Positions 17,447-25,872 of a stretch of 32,000 nt of DNA are shown here, piece after piece. The notes below the pieces were generated by a model. That model was given only the letters and a program-made list of their open reading frames with translations. It searched no databases and was not told the DNA's origin. Within the stretch, counting starts at the first letter, position 1. Every line of letters starts with the position of its first letter. This DNA comes from Candidatus Heimdallarchaeota archaeon (GTDB lineage Archaea > Asgardarchaeota > Heimdallarchaeia > Heimdallarchaeales > Kariarchaeaceae), in the NCBI GenBank assembly GCA_030149205.1, contig JASBSB010000006.1:450001-482000 (forward strand). Direction: 5' to 3'. The position numbers were made by a program, and so were the translations under genes.

Positions 17447-19360
17447 TTGAAGCAGAATAAATCAATTGATGAAATTCGGGGAGAAATCGAAGAGATGATT
17501 CTAGATAATACTGAGGTTACAAACGTTGAATTTGAAGGACCTGAAATAGCAATCTATACTAAAAATATAAATTCATTAATTAGTGAACCAAATTTTATTT
17601 CACAGCTAGCTAAAAAACTAAGAAAACGTGTTGTCATTCGTCCAGATGTGAGCATTCGATCTGGGAAAAAGGATGTTGAGCAAATTGTTAGTCAAATAGT
17701 TTCTTCCTCTGTGGATATCAGCACAATTGAATTTGACGATGCACTTGGTGAAGTTATTGTTGAGGTCGATCATCCTGAGAAACTCAAAGGGGAGGGAATT
17801 GATAGTGTTGAATTAATCACAAAGAATACTGGATGGAGACCTCACTTCTATAGAACACCACCCATTGAATCCACAATGATAAAATCAATTAGACACATCT
17901 TATTTTCTGAGACCGAGAGCAGAAAAAGAGCTTTGAAAAATATTGGAAGAATCATAAACCGACCAACTTATCTAAAAAAACCAATAGTGAGAATGACTGC
18001 ATTGGGTGGATATTTAGAGGTAGGTAGGTCATCCACACTCTTACAGACGGGGGACGCAGATATTCTTGTGGATTGTGGGGTAAGTGTCGGGTATAATGCA
18101 CCGGGAGAATACCTCCCAAGGTTTGACTTACCCGAGTTTGATATTAATGCATTAGATGCTGTTGTGATTACACATGCCCATTTAGATCATTCAGGATTTG
18201 TTCCTTTCCTTTTCAAATATGGATACAGAGGCCCGGTTTATTGCACTCCACCAACATTATATTTTATGATATTACTTCATTTAGATTACCTCGATGTAGC
18301 AACCAAAGAAGGTAAACTCCTTCCATATTCACGAACTGACGTGAGAGATGTTGTACTACACACGATAACCTTAAATTACAGCGAAGTAACAGATATTGCT
18401 CCAGGAGTAAAATTGACCTTTCAGAACGCAGGACATATTGTAGGATCAGCTCTAGCGCACTTGCATATTGGAAATGGACTTCATAACATCATGTTTGCTC
18501 ATGATTTTAGATTTGCCCCCTCGCGAATATTGGATCGAGCAGTCCATAAATTTGTTAGACTGGAAACATTAGTAATGGAGTCCACCTATGGAAACCCTGA
18601 AGATGTTGTTCCCTCAAGGAAAGAGTCTGAAGAGATGCTCCGGGAAATTATTGAATTAACACTGAACAGGGACGGGAAAGTGTTAATCCCTGTCCTTGCT
18701 GTGGGAAGAGCTCAGGAATTATTAGTAATTATAGAAGATCTTATGTTAAATGAGAAAATCCCCGAAGTCCCAATTTTTATTGATGGTATGATTCGTGAGG
18801 CAAATGCCATAACCTCTGCTTTTCCAGAGTTTCTTTCTAAAACACTTCAAGATGAAATCTTAGATAAACAACATAACCCATTTCTTGCTGAATTTTTCCA
18901 TAACGTTTCAGATGATAATACCAGAGATGAAATTATATCAGGAGATCCTTGTATTATATTTGCAACTAGTGGGATGTTAGCAGGTGGTCCATCAGTTAAG
19001 TACTTTACAGCTCTTGCTGAGGACGAAAAGAACTCTCTTATTTTTGTATCATATCAAGGAGCAGGGACTTTAGGTAGAAAAGTTGAAGATGGAACCCGAG
19101 ATATCCCTCTGAGAGATGATCGAGAGAAAACTTATCTCTTAAAAGTGAAGATGGAAGTTCACAAAATCTCAGGATTTACTGGTCATAGTGATAGAGGTGA
19201 GCTATTAGAATACATCAAAAGAATTTCACCTAGACCAAAAAGGTATGTAACTGTCCATGGTGAGGAAACGAAATGTAAGAATCTCGCTAAAACCATCCAT
19301 AAAATGGTAAAACGTGAAGCTTTAGCTCCACCAATCGGGACAACAGTTAGACTAGTATAA
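17447..19360 (+). CDS. aCPSF1: KH-domain beta-CASP ribonuclease aCPSF1 (archaeal transcription termination factor FttA)
   Basis: N-terminal tandem KH region (VEFEGPEIAIYTK, KLRKRVVIRPD), HAHLDH, AGHIVGSA, MESTYG, GRAQE, SGML.GG, GHSD and VHGE motifs; 637 aa; TTG start preceded by GAGGG. Confidence 0.95.
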   Translation: MKQNKSIDEIRGEIEEMILDNTEVTNVEFEGPEIAIYTKNINSLISEPNFISQLAKKLRKRVVIRPDVSIRSGKKDVEQIVSQIVSSSVDISTIEFDDALGEVIVEVDHPEKLKGEGIDSVELITKNTGWRPHFYRTPPIESTMIKSIRHILFSETESRKRALKNIGRIINRPTYLKKPIVRMTALGGYLEVGRSSTLLQTGDADILVDCGVSVGYNAPGEYLPRFDLPEFDINALDAVVITHAHLDHSGFVPFLFKYGYRGPVYCTPPTLYFMILLHLDYLDVATKEGKLLPYSRTDVRDVVLHTITLNYSEVTDIAPGVKLTFQNAGHIVGSALAHLHIGNGLHNIMFAHDFRFAPSRILDRAVHKFVRLETLVMESTYGNPEDVVPSRKESEEMLREIIELTLNRDGKVLIPVLAVGRAQELLVIIEDLMLNEKIPEVPIFIDGMIREANAITSAFPEFLSKTLQDEILDKQHNPFLAEFFHNVSDDNTRDEIISGDPCIIFATSGMLAGGPSVKYFTALAEDEKNSLIFVSYQGAGTLGRKVEDGTRDIPLRDDREKTYLLKVKMEVHKISGFTGHSDRGELLEYIKRISPRPKRYVTVHGEETKCKNLAKTIHKMVKREALAPPIGTTVRLV

Positions 19361-19459
19361 AGTATATAAAAATATCTTAAGGGGTTGACAGGTTTCTTTC
19401 TAGTTAATTTTCTCGAATCATTTAAGAAGGTTTTATAAGGTGGAAGTGTATGGAAAATT

Positions 19460-20320
19460 GTGGTTATGACTGCATCAGAATACGTCGCGAGCGATTATAA
19501 TGCACTCACTGAATTAGAGAGAAAACTTGACCTTTATATCAGGGGGAACCGTGTGGAGTTTTTGGACGGGAGACTTGTTAATCTTGACCTTTCCTCTCTT
19601 AACTTAACTCACATTCCGAATACTATTGGACAATTTAAGGACTTAAGAACTTTAGATCTTTCTTATAACTCACTTTCAAAACTTCCTGAAGAGACTTCAC
19701 AACTTCCTAAATTAGAGGATTTGAATCTACGTCATAACAAACTAAAGTCACTTCCAAACGGAAATAAGAATGAGGGTTACTTTAAAAGCTTAAAAGAAAT
19801 TGACCTCAGCAAAAATAAGTTCACCAAATTCCCTCACTCATTAACAAAAATTGTAAATCTGGAAAAACTCCATTTAGACTACAATGAGATCGAAGAGCTT
19901 ATCCCTGAAATCTCAAAATTGACAAAACTTTATCGTGTGCATTTAAATTATTGCGCAATTAAAAACATTCCAGCTAGCATCGGTAATCTAATAAATCTTG
20001 AAGAACTCTATTTGGAGGGAAACGAGATCAAAGAGCTTCCCACAAGCTTAGTTGGATTGTCAAAGTTAAACACACTAGACCTCAGTTCAAACCCGATAAA
20101 CAATTTTCCAATTTCAGTTACTGAAATAAGAACTCTTGAAGAGTTAAAACTTAGAAGAACCAAAATAAGGGAATTACCCTACCAGATTAAAGAATTATAC
20201 AATTTGAAACAACTGGATCTCACAGCAACGCAAATCCCGGAATTAAACCAAAGAAGATTGTGGGGTGGATTTTCTGGAGATCAAGAAGAGATTCAAAAAC
20301 TCTTTGAATTAGTTCAGTAA
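19460..20320 (+). CDS. Leucine-rich repeat protein (about 10 repeats of ~23 aa)
   Basis: Repeated LxxLxLxxNxL..LP..I units (LRTLDLSYNSL, LEDLNLRHNKL, LEELYLEGNEI, LNTLDLSSNPI and others). Start codon uncertain. Confidence 0.93.
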   Translation: MVMTASEYVASDYNALTELERKLDLYIRGNRVEFLDGRLVNLDLSSLNLTHIPNTIGQFKDLRTLDLSYNSLSKLPEETSQLPKLEDLNLRHNKLKSLPNGNKNEGYFKSLKEIDLSKNKFTKFPHSLTKIVNLEKLHLDYNEIEELIPEISKLTKLYRVHLNYCAIKNIPASIGNLINLEELYLEGNEIKELPTSLVGLSKLNTLDLSSNPINNFPISVTEIRTLEELKLRRTKIRELPYQIKELYNLKQLDLTATQIPELNQRRLWGGFSGDQEEIQKLFELVQ

Positions 20321-20451
20321 TTAATTTTTAAGAGCTTCAAAAATTAATTTTATTAATTAGAATAATGTTATAATTATGATTATGACTTACAAATTACATT
20401 GTGATTACAGATGTTGGACAACTACTTATATTTATTTTCTAACAGTGAGTT

Positions 20452-21819
20452 ATGAGACTGACCTTTGATCTGCACACACATTCAGCGTTTGCTGGAGGAG
20501 CAAGACCTTCCAAACTCACAGAGAAATATCTGTTGAAGCGATTCTACGAGCTTGCAAGATTTTCACCATTAAAAGGAATCTCCGTTCTAGGACTGGGAGA
20601 TATTCAATTTAAACCTTGGAGAGATTTTGTCTTAGGTCATGTAAGTGAAACAAACAATGGTTTGTACGAATTTGAGGTAGAAGGAACCACACCAGAGAAA
20701 GTTTCTGATGAAGTTGAACAACCAAAATATGTTCTTCAGACTGAAGTGATATTTACTTGTCCAATACCTAATCGAGGCAAAAAGAAATCACATTTAATCA
20801 TTCTCTTTCCCGATCTGGTAACAGTTGATGGGTTACTTACACTGTTTGAAAGGTGGGGAGTCAACCATGAAAAGATGGCGAGACCATTTATTGTCTGTTC
20901 TTCAAATAGAGAGGTTTCAGAAAGGATTCATGCAATTCTTGATCTAGACAAGCTTATTGAAGTTATTCCTGCACATATAATGACTCCTGAGGGGGTATTT
21001 GGAGGGTCTCATAGGATCAATTATGGAAAAGATTTTTTTGGAGACAGTTGGAATAGAATATCAGTGGTGGAAACTGGACTCTCCGCTGATCCTCCCATTC
21101 TTGAGATGATCCCTGAGCTTGAGCGATTCACATTCATTTCTAATGCAGATGCTCATTCCTCTGCCCTCAATAGAGTAGGGAGGGAGTTCACTACAATTGT
21201 TCCACAAAATCTAAATTATGAAAATATTATAACCTCACTCAGACAAAACAAGGTGCTTATGACTGGTGAGTTTCATCCCTCAGAGGGGAGATATTTTTTG
21301 ACTGGTCATAGGGAGGAAAGAAAAGCTCCTTATCAACACAATAAGGGACAGTTTTGTTATTACTCACCGAAATTTCTTCCAGAAAATGGAGTTTGCCCTA
21401 TTTGCAAAAAACAACTCACAGTGGGTGTGCTCGAACGGGCATATGAAATTTCAAAAGTGCAATCTGAAGGTCTGTTTGATGGTTCCAGGTTTTCCTCCAA
21501 AAAGAAGAGAAGCTATGTGACCATAGTTCCACTCATTGAGGTGATCGCTGCTTCATTGGGGATAAAATCAATTAGTAGCAAAAAAGTCCAGCGTTTGTAT
21601 TTTGAAATTGTTTCACAGGTGGGATCTGAGGTTCAACTTTGGGAGGAACCTAATATAGAGGATAAGTTAGATGTTCAAGATAATTCAATTATTCAAAGCA
21701 TAAAAGAGATAAAGAATAGAAACTTTTGTTTTGAACCCCCTGGGTACGATGGAGTGTATGGTGAGTTAAGAATTGGTGTGACACAAGATTTCACCAACCT
21801 GAAAGTAGAAAAGTTCTAG
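20452..21819 (+). CDS. Endonuclease Q family protein (PHP domain plus Zn ribbon)
   Basis: DLHTHS, IPAHIMTP, ETGLSADP, SNADAHS, GREFT, CPICKKQLTVGV and PGYDGVYG motifs. Confidence 0.88.
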   Translation: MRLTFDLHTHSAFAGGARPSKLTEKYLLKRFYELARFSPLKGISVLGLGDIQFKPWRDFVLGHVSETNNGLYEFEVEGTTPEKVSDEVEQPKYVLQTEVIFTCPIPNRGKKKSHLIILFPDLVTVDGLLTLFERWGVNHEKMARPFIVCSSNREVSERIHAILDLDKLIEVIPAHIMTPEGVFGGSHRINYGKDFFGDSWNRISVVETGLSADPPILEMIPELERFTFISNADAHSSALNRVGREFTTIVPQNLNYENIITSLRQNKVLMTGEFHPSEGRYFLTGHREERKAPYQHNKGQFCYYSPKFLPENGVCPICKKQLTVGVLERAYEISKVQSEGLFDGSRFSSKKKRSYVTIVPLIEVIAASLGIKSISSKKVQRLYFEIVSQVGSEVQLWEEPNIEDKLDVQDNSIIQSIKEIKNRNFCFEPPGYDGVYGELRIGVTQDFTNLKVEKF

Positions 21820-21844
21820 AAATTTGGAAGTTCATCGATTATAA

Positions 21845-22669
21845 CTAATTACCATTTCGTTTTTGCTGGTTCTGATACTTTAAAATGCGATCTACTATCT
21901 CCAGCATCGAAGAGTTCATGGAAATTGTCAGACTGAAAATTTCATTCGTTATTTCGTTTAAGAGCTGTAAGTTAAGCATATGATCAAATGGAATAACTGT
22001 CGCAACCTCGATTCCCAGCTCCTCAATCTTAACATCCCACTTGCTGAGGAAATGGTTTAGGAGTGTTTTTTCCTCTGGGTTATCTGTAACTGGAACCTGA
22101 TTCCAAACAAAAAAGTCCTTTCTTGGTTTCATACCCTTTAACAGAGAGTGCATCTCTTGAATAAAAACCTCCGCAGCACCTACACCATAGCTCGCAGGTC
22201 TTACAACAAGAAGACTTACGTCTGCCAAAATCATGTTATTTACACTGTTTAGAGACGTGCCTGACTGATTATCTATAATGATAAAATCATAGCCAATCTC
22301 ATATAGTTTTTTTTGGGTTGTGAGACTCTTTCTGAGGGCGTTTTGCCACCAACGTTGCGAGTTTTTGCTAAGGAAAGATTTTCCTATCTCTGGGGGTGAC
22401 GAGTAGATGATTGATAGGTTTGAGAGTTTGGTGGGATTAATTATGTCTTCCACTTTTAGGTTTTTCGCCCCGAGATAATCTGTCCAATAATTTAGATCTG
22501 CCACCGGTTTTTGAGGTTTAATTAGGTGAATGAGACTTGGGGCTTCAAGGTCTCCATCTATGATTATAACTTTGTATCCCATTTTCGAGAGGGTGCTGGC
22601 CAGGCTTACTGAAGTTATTGTTTTCCCTGACCCACCTCTTGTTGAAAAAATTGTTATTGTTGTTCCCAA
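21845..22669 (-). CDS. MinD/ParA-family P-loop ATPase
   Basis: STRGGSGKT deviant Walker A, IDGDLEAP, FIIIDNQSG and VIPFD motifs; TTG start preceded by GAGGTG. Confidence 0.88.
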   Translation of the reverse strand: MGTTITIFSTRGGSGKTITSVSLASTLSKMGYKVIIIDGDLEAPSLIHLIKPQKPVADLNYWTDYLGAKNLKVEDIINPTKLSNLSIIYSSPPEIGKSFLSKNSQRWWQNALRKSLTTQKKLYEIGYDFIIIDNQSGTSLNSVNNMILADVSLLVVRPASYGVGAAEVFIQEMHSLLKGMKPRKDFFVWNQVPVTDNPEEKTLLNHFLSKWDVKIEELGIEVATVIPFDHMLNLQLLNEITNEIFSLTISMNSSMLEIVDRILKYQNQQKRNGN

Positions 22670-22681
22670 AAGTACGCACCT

Positions 22682-23389
22682 CTACTGCGGAATAATTACT
22701 ATCCCTTCATCACTTTCATGTTTTTCAATCAATCCCTTTTGTTCAAGTAGATTGAGTGTATTTTGTTCATCAATTGACAGGGTATTCAAAAGTAACCCAT
22801 CTGGAAACAGCATCAGCTTCTTTGCCAGTTTAGATTCATCACCGGAGAGATTTACCAGAAAACCCAGGTTGAAAATTGATTTTTCAGAATTTGAGGATTC
22901 TAAGAGAGAATTGATTTCAACAAAAATATTTTCGAAGATTTGATTCAGCTGTTCCTTAAGTTTGGGATCCGCAGACTCTGGGGAGATTAAAGAAAAATCA
23001 AGAGATTCAAAACTTGAGATTAGAATAGCCTCTAACTCATCTTCGATTGGTTTAAATTTCTTCTTGTTCATAGTTTTGAAGATTAGTCCAATAACAAGAT
23101 GAATATTTTGTAATCCTTTCAGATGAGGTCGTAGCTGAAAATAATAAAAGCTGTAAGGTGAGCTAGATAATTCAGTCACAGGAACAGGACCCTGTAACTC
23201 TTTTTCCGGGCTTCTTTGGTTCGCTAACCCACAGAGGATGATTGCTCTGGATGCATAAAGCATTTTTGCCTGTATATCAAAAAGCTCCGAGTTCAAATTA
23301 TGGTAGAAGTTTGGTCCCGAAGATTCTAGATTTAATATTGCAACAACATCCTCAAGATATTGAACCATATTCATTATTTGCCTTATCAC
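22682..23389 (-). CDS. Hypothetical protein: uDENN/longin-like N-terminal domain plus C-terminal winged helix
   Basis: AILNLESSGP (cf. FDxxxGP), QGPVPV, YSFYYFQL and HLVIGLIF followed by helices; C-terminal EQNTLNLLEQKGLIEK wHTH pattern. The domain call is inference. Confidence 0.55.
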   Translation of the reverse strand: MIRQIMNMVQYLEDVVAILNLESSGPNFYHNLNSELFDIQAKMLYASRAIILCGLANQRSPEKELQGPVPVTELSSSPYSFYYFQLRPHLKGLQNIHLVIGLIFKTMNKKKFKPIEDELEAILISSFESLDFSLISPESADPKLKEQLNQIFENIFVEINSLLESSNSEKSIFNLGFLVNLSGDESKLAKKLMLFPDGLLLNTLSIDEQNTLNLLEQKGLIEKHESDEGIVIIPQ

Positions 23390-23498
23390 AAATAAAAGAT
23401 ATTGCCTTTAGAATATTATAATCACAAAAATTAAGTAATTCACTTAGCTTATAGGGACAAGATTAGTGAAATTTATTTAGTATGAATCCAAATTAAAA

Positions 23499-24314
23499 TT
23501 GTTCTTGATTAACACTGAGCCAATTTCAATCAGCTATAAAGAAATTTCAAAGGATGAGATAGAACTCTTTAGGGTTCTCAGTTCATTTGAAGTGAGTAAA
23601 TTGTTTCAGCTTTTATTAAACTCAGTATCAGATAATAAACCTGCTTATTGGAGTGTTAAATTGCTTGCACAAACTTCAGGAATTTCACTCGTTAAGCTTT
23701 ATGATCTGTTATTTGTATTGACTCGAACAAGAGTCTTGAGAAAGAAAAAGTTTAGAGTTAAATCTATTGAGGGTAAAAGATTGGTTGATTGTTATAAACT
23801 TGAAGCAAGAAATTACATAATTGATTTAGTTGATCAAATTTCCCTCTCTGAGGAGAACACAATCAACATCATCTTCGATGGTGACCTTCAATCTGGAAAA
23901 TTATCTACAAATCTACATTTGTTTGAAATGCTTGCTCAACGTGCGCTTTGGCATTTTATTGCCAAATTCAAGTCGACAGAATCGTATATGACTGAAAAAT
24001 CAATTTTCGAACCCAAAAAGGGTAAAAGAGTAAAAAGATCTAGTTTCTATTCCAAAGTAAAAAATGAAAATAATGTGCTTCCAAATCAATTTAGGATTTT
24101 TAGAACTTTGAATGAAACAGATATTGTGGCACCCGCGTTTGTATTTGGAACAAAAGGTAAAAGAGGTGGAAAACCTAAATTTTATAATTTAATTGCATCC
24201 AGAATTCGCATAAGTTTTATTCCAAATTCTGTCTTAAAACTTGATTCAATTCTGATTGATGATGAGCATGTAGTGATTGCAGTAAAACATGAGAGGAAAA
24301 TAAGGAGCCTTTAG
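23499..24314 (+). CDS. Tandem winged-helix (ArsR-like) DNA-binding protein
   Basis: Two similar halves: FRVLSS...SVKLLAQTSGISLVKLYDLL..L.R...CYKLEARNYIIDL and FEMLAQ...FRTLNETDIV...FYNLIASRIRISF. Confidence 0.6.
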   Translation: MFLINTEPISISYKEISKDEIELFRVLSSFEVSKLFQLLLNSVSDNKPAYWSVKLLAQTSGISLVKLYDLLFVLTRTRVLRKKKFRVKSIEGKRLVDCYKLEARNYIIDLVDQISLSEENTINIIFDGDLQSGKLSTNLHLFEMLAQRALWHFIAKFKSTESYMTEKSIFEPKKGKRVKRSSFYSKVKNENNVLPNQFRIFRTLNETDIVAPAFVFGTKGKRGGKPKFYNLIASRIRISFIPNSVLKLDSILIDDEHVVIAVKHERKIRSL

Positions 24315-24315
24315 C

Positions 24316-24876
24316 ATGAAAAAAAAGCAAAATAAAATGAGAAACCTTTATGATCAAACCGCAGATTACTACGATAATAGATATTGGCCAATACAAATCA
24401 AAAAATATAATGAGTTTTTGGACGTCTTAACTCCTGAACCGTTAATTCTTGATGTGGGTGGAGGAAGTGGCCTATTAAAGCGGGTGATTAATTCACCTTT
24501 GGTAATTTTTGATGTGTCCATTGAAATGTTAAGGGTTGGTCAAGAAAAATATAATTCAATCAATCTTATCGCAGGCGATGCAGAATCACTTCCAATTAGA
24601 GATAGGTCATTTATTTTAATTACTTCTTTCAGTATGTTGCCAAATCTACAAAATCCATTGAAAGGGTTATTAGAGATGGAGAGAGTTATGACACCAAACT
24701 CAAAACTAGTTCTAACTGTGCTTGATAAGAAAATTTCAGAGCTTGGGTTAAAAGGATTGACAGAGCAAACTAATTTAGATATAGAATTAAGATCACCCAG
24801 TATAGAAGACATTGGTGGCATCCTGACAGTTAGACACAAACCCTTAAATTCAGATAATCAAGAAAAAATGAGTTGA
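24316..24876 (+). CDS. Class I SAM-dependent methyltransferase
   Basis: YDQTADYYD, motif I LILDVGGGSG, DVSIEML, GDAESLPIRDRSF. Confidence 0.88.
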   Translation: MKKKQNKMRNLYDQTADYYDNRYWPIQIKKYNEFLDVLTPEPLILDVGGGSGLLKRVINSPLVIFDVSIEMLRVGQEKYNSINLIAGDAESLPIRDRSFILITSFSMLPNLQNPLKGLLEMERVMTPNSKLVLTVLDKKISELGLKGLTEQTNLDIELRSPSIEDIGGILTVRHKPLNSDNQEKMS

Positions 24877-25772
24877 CACTTCCTGCTGTTAAGGTTCTAA
24901 AGGATTTAAAAAAAGAGCATATCAGGCTGCTTTTGGTTATTGAATCAGGGATGAGGTTTGCAGAATATGTAGACATTGATTTTATTTATAAAAATCTTAA
25001 ATATAACAAAGAAAGAATTGATTACATCCTTAAATTCTGTCACAAGATGGATCTAGTAAATCGATGGCAGGGACATTTCGTGGGTTATGAACTAACCACC
25101 GTGGGATATGACGCACTTGCACTGGATGCCTTGTATGAATCAAGGTTAGTGGCAGATATAGGTCAAGAAAGAGGTGTAGGAAAGGAATCTAAAGTATTTT
25201 TTGCTCGTACACCTTCTGGTGAAGAATGTATTATCAAAATTCATAGAGTGGGGTACACTAGTTTTACCCAAACAAGAAAGAAGCGAAGATACACTTCAGA
25301 TAAGAGACATCTTTCTGCCTTGTATGCATCTAAGCTTTCTGCAGATGAAGAGATAAAATGGATGAAAAAATGTAATCAATTCAATTTACCAGTGCCGAAA
25401 TTTATGGGTAGTAACCGCCACATAATTGTGATGGAATTAATAGAGGGTTATAACCTTAATATGTTGAAGGACCTCGATGTACCTGAGGAATATTTAATTG
25501 ACATATTAGAATTTATCTATGAAGCGTGGTGTGAGGTTGGATTCGTTCATGGGGATCTCTCAGCCTTTAATATCATAATTTCTGTTGAGGGTGAGCTAAA
25601 GATAATTGATTTTCCACAAGCGGTTGAACGCTCAGCAGAAAATGCAGTTGAGCTTCTTGAAAGAGACATCCAAAATATTCTAACCTTTTTTGACAGAAAA
25701 TTTCAAATAAAGAAAGATGAGACATCTGTCTTAAATGACGTACTTGATTGTGTTCATAGAACAGAGAATTAA
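24873..25772 (+). CDS. rio2: RIO2 serine/threonine protein kinase (N-terminal wHTH plus RIO kinase)
   Basis: N-terminal wHTH ending GYELTTVGYDALAL, P-loop GVGKESKVF, IKIHR, catalytic loop HGDLSAFNI, IDFPQ. The TTG start overlaps the upstream TGA (TTGA). Confidence 0.94.
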   Translation: MTLPAVKVLKDLKKEHIRLLLVIESGMRFAEYVDIDFIYKNLKYNKERIDYILKFCHKMDLVNRWQGHFVGYELTTVGYDALALDALYESRLVADIGQERGVGKESKVFFARTPSGEECIIKIHRVGYTSFTQTRKKRRYTSDKRHLSALYASKLSADEEIKWMKKCNQFNLPVPKFMGSNRHIIVMELIEGYNLNMLKDLDVPEEYLIDILEFIYEAWCEVGFVHGDLSAFNIIISVEGELKIIDFPQAVERSAENAVELLERDIQNILTFFDRKFQIKKDETSVLNDVLDCVHRTEN

Positions 25773-25872
25773 TATTTTCAGTTTTAGAAATGAAAAGGTA
25801 CATTAATGAGCTTTCCCAATTTATAATGTAGACGATTACACGTCAGGATGGTTCAAGGTTACTGTAAAGAGA

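Noticed and set aside
18490-18510. aCPSF1 motif IV reads FAHDF rather than the usual YTGDF
   Set aside because: The catalytic Asp and all other beta-CASP motifs are retained; probably a neutral variant.
20319-20349. 11-bp inverted repeat (AATTAATTTTT-N9-AAAAATTAATT) after the LRR stop
   Set aside because: Arms are pure A/T in an AT-rich spacer, so it is plausibly chance; at most a terminator aid.
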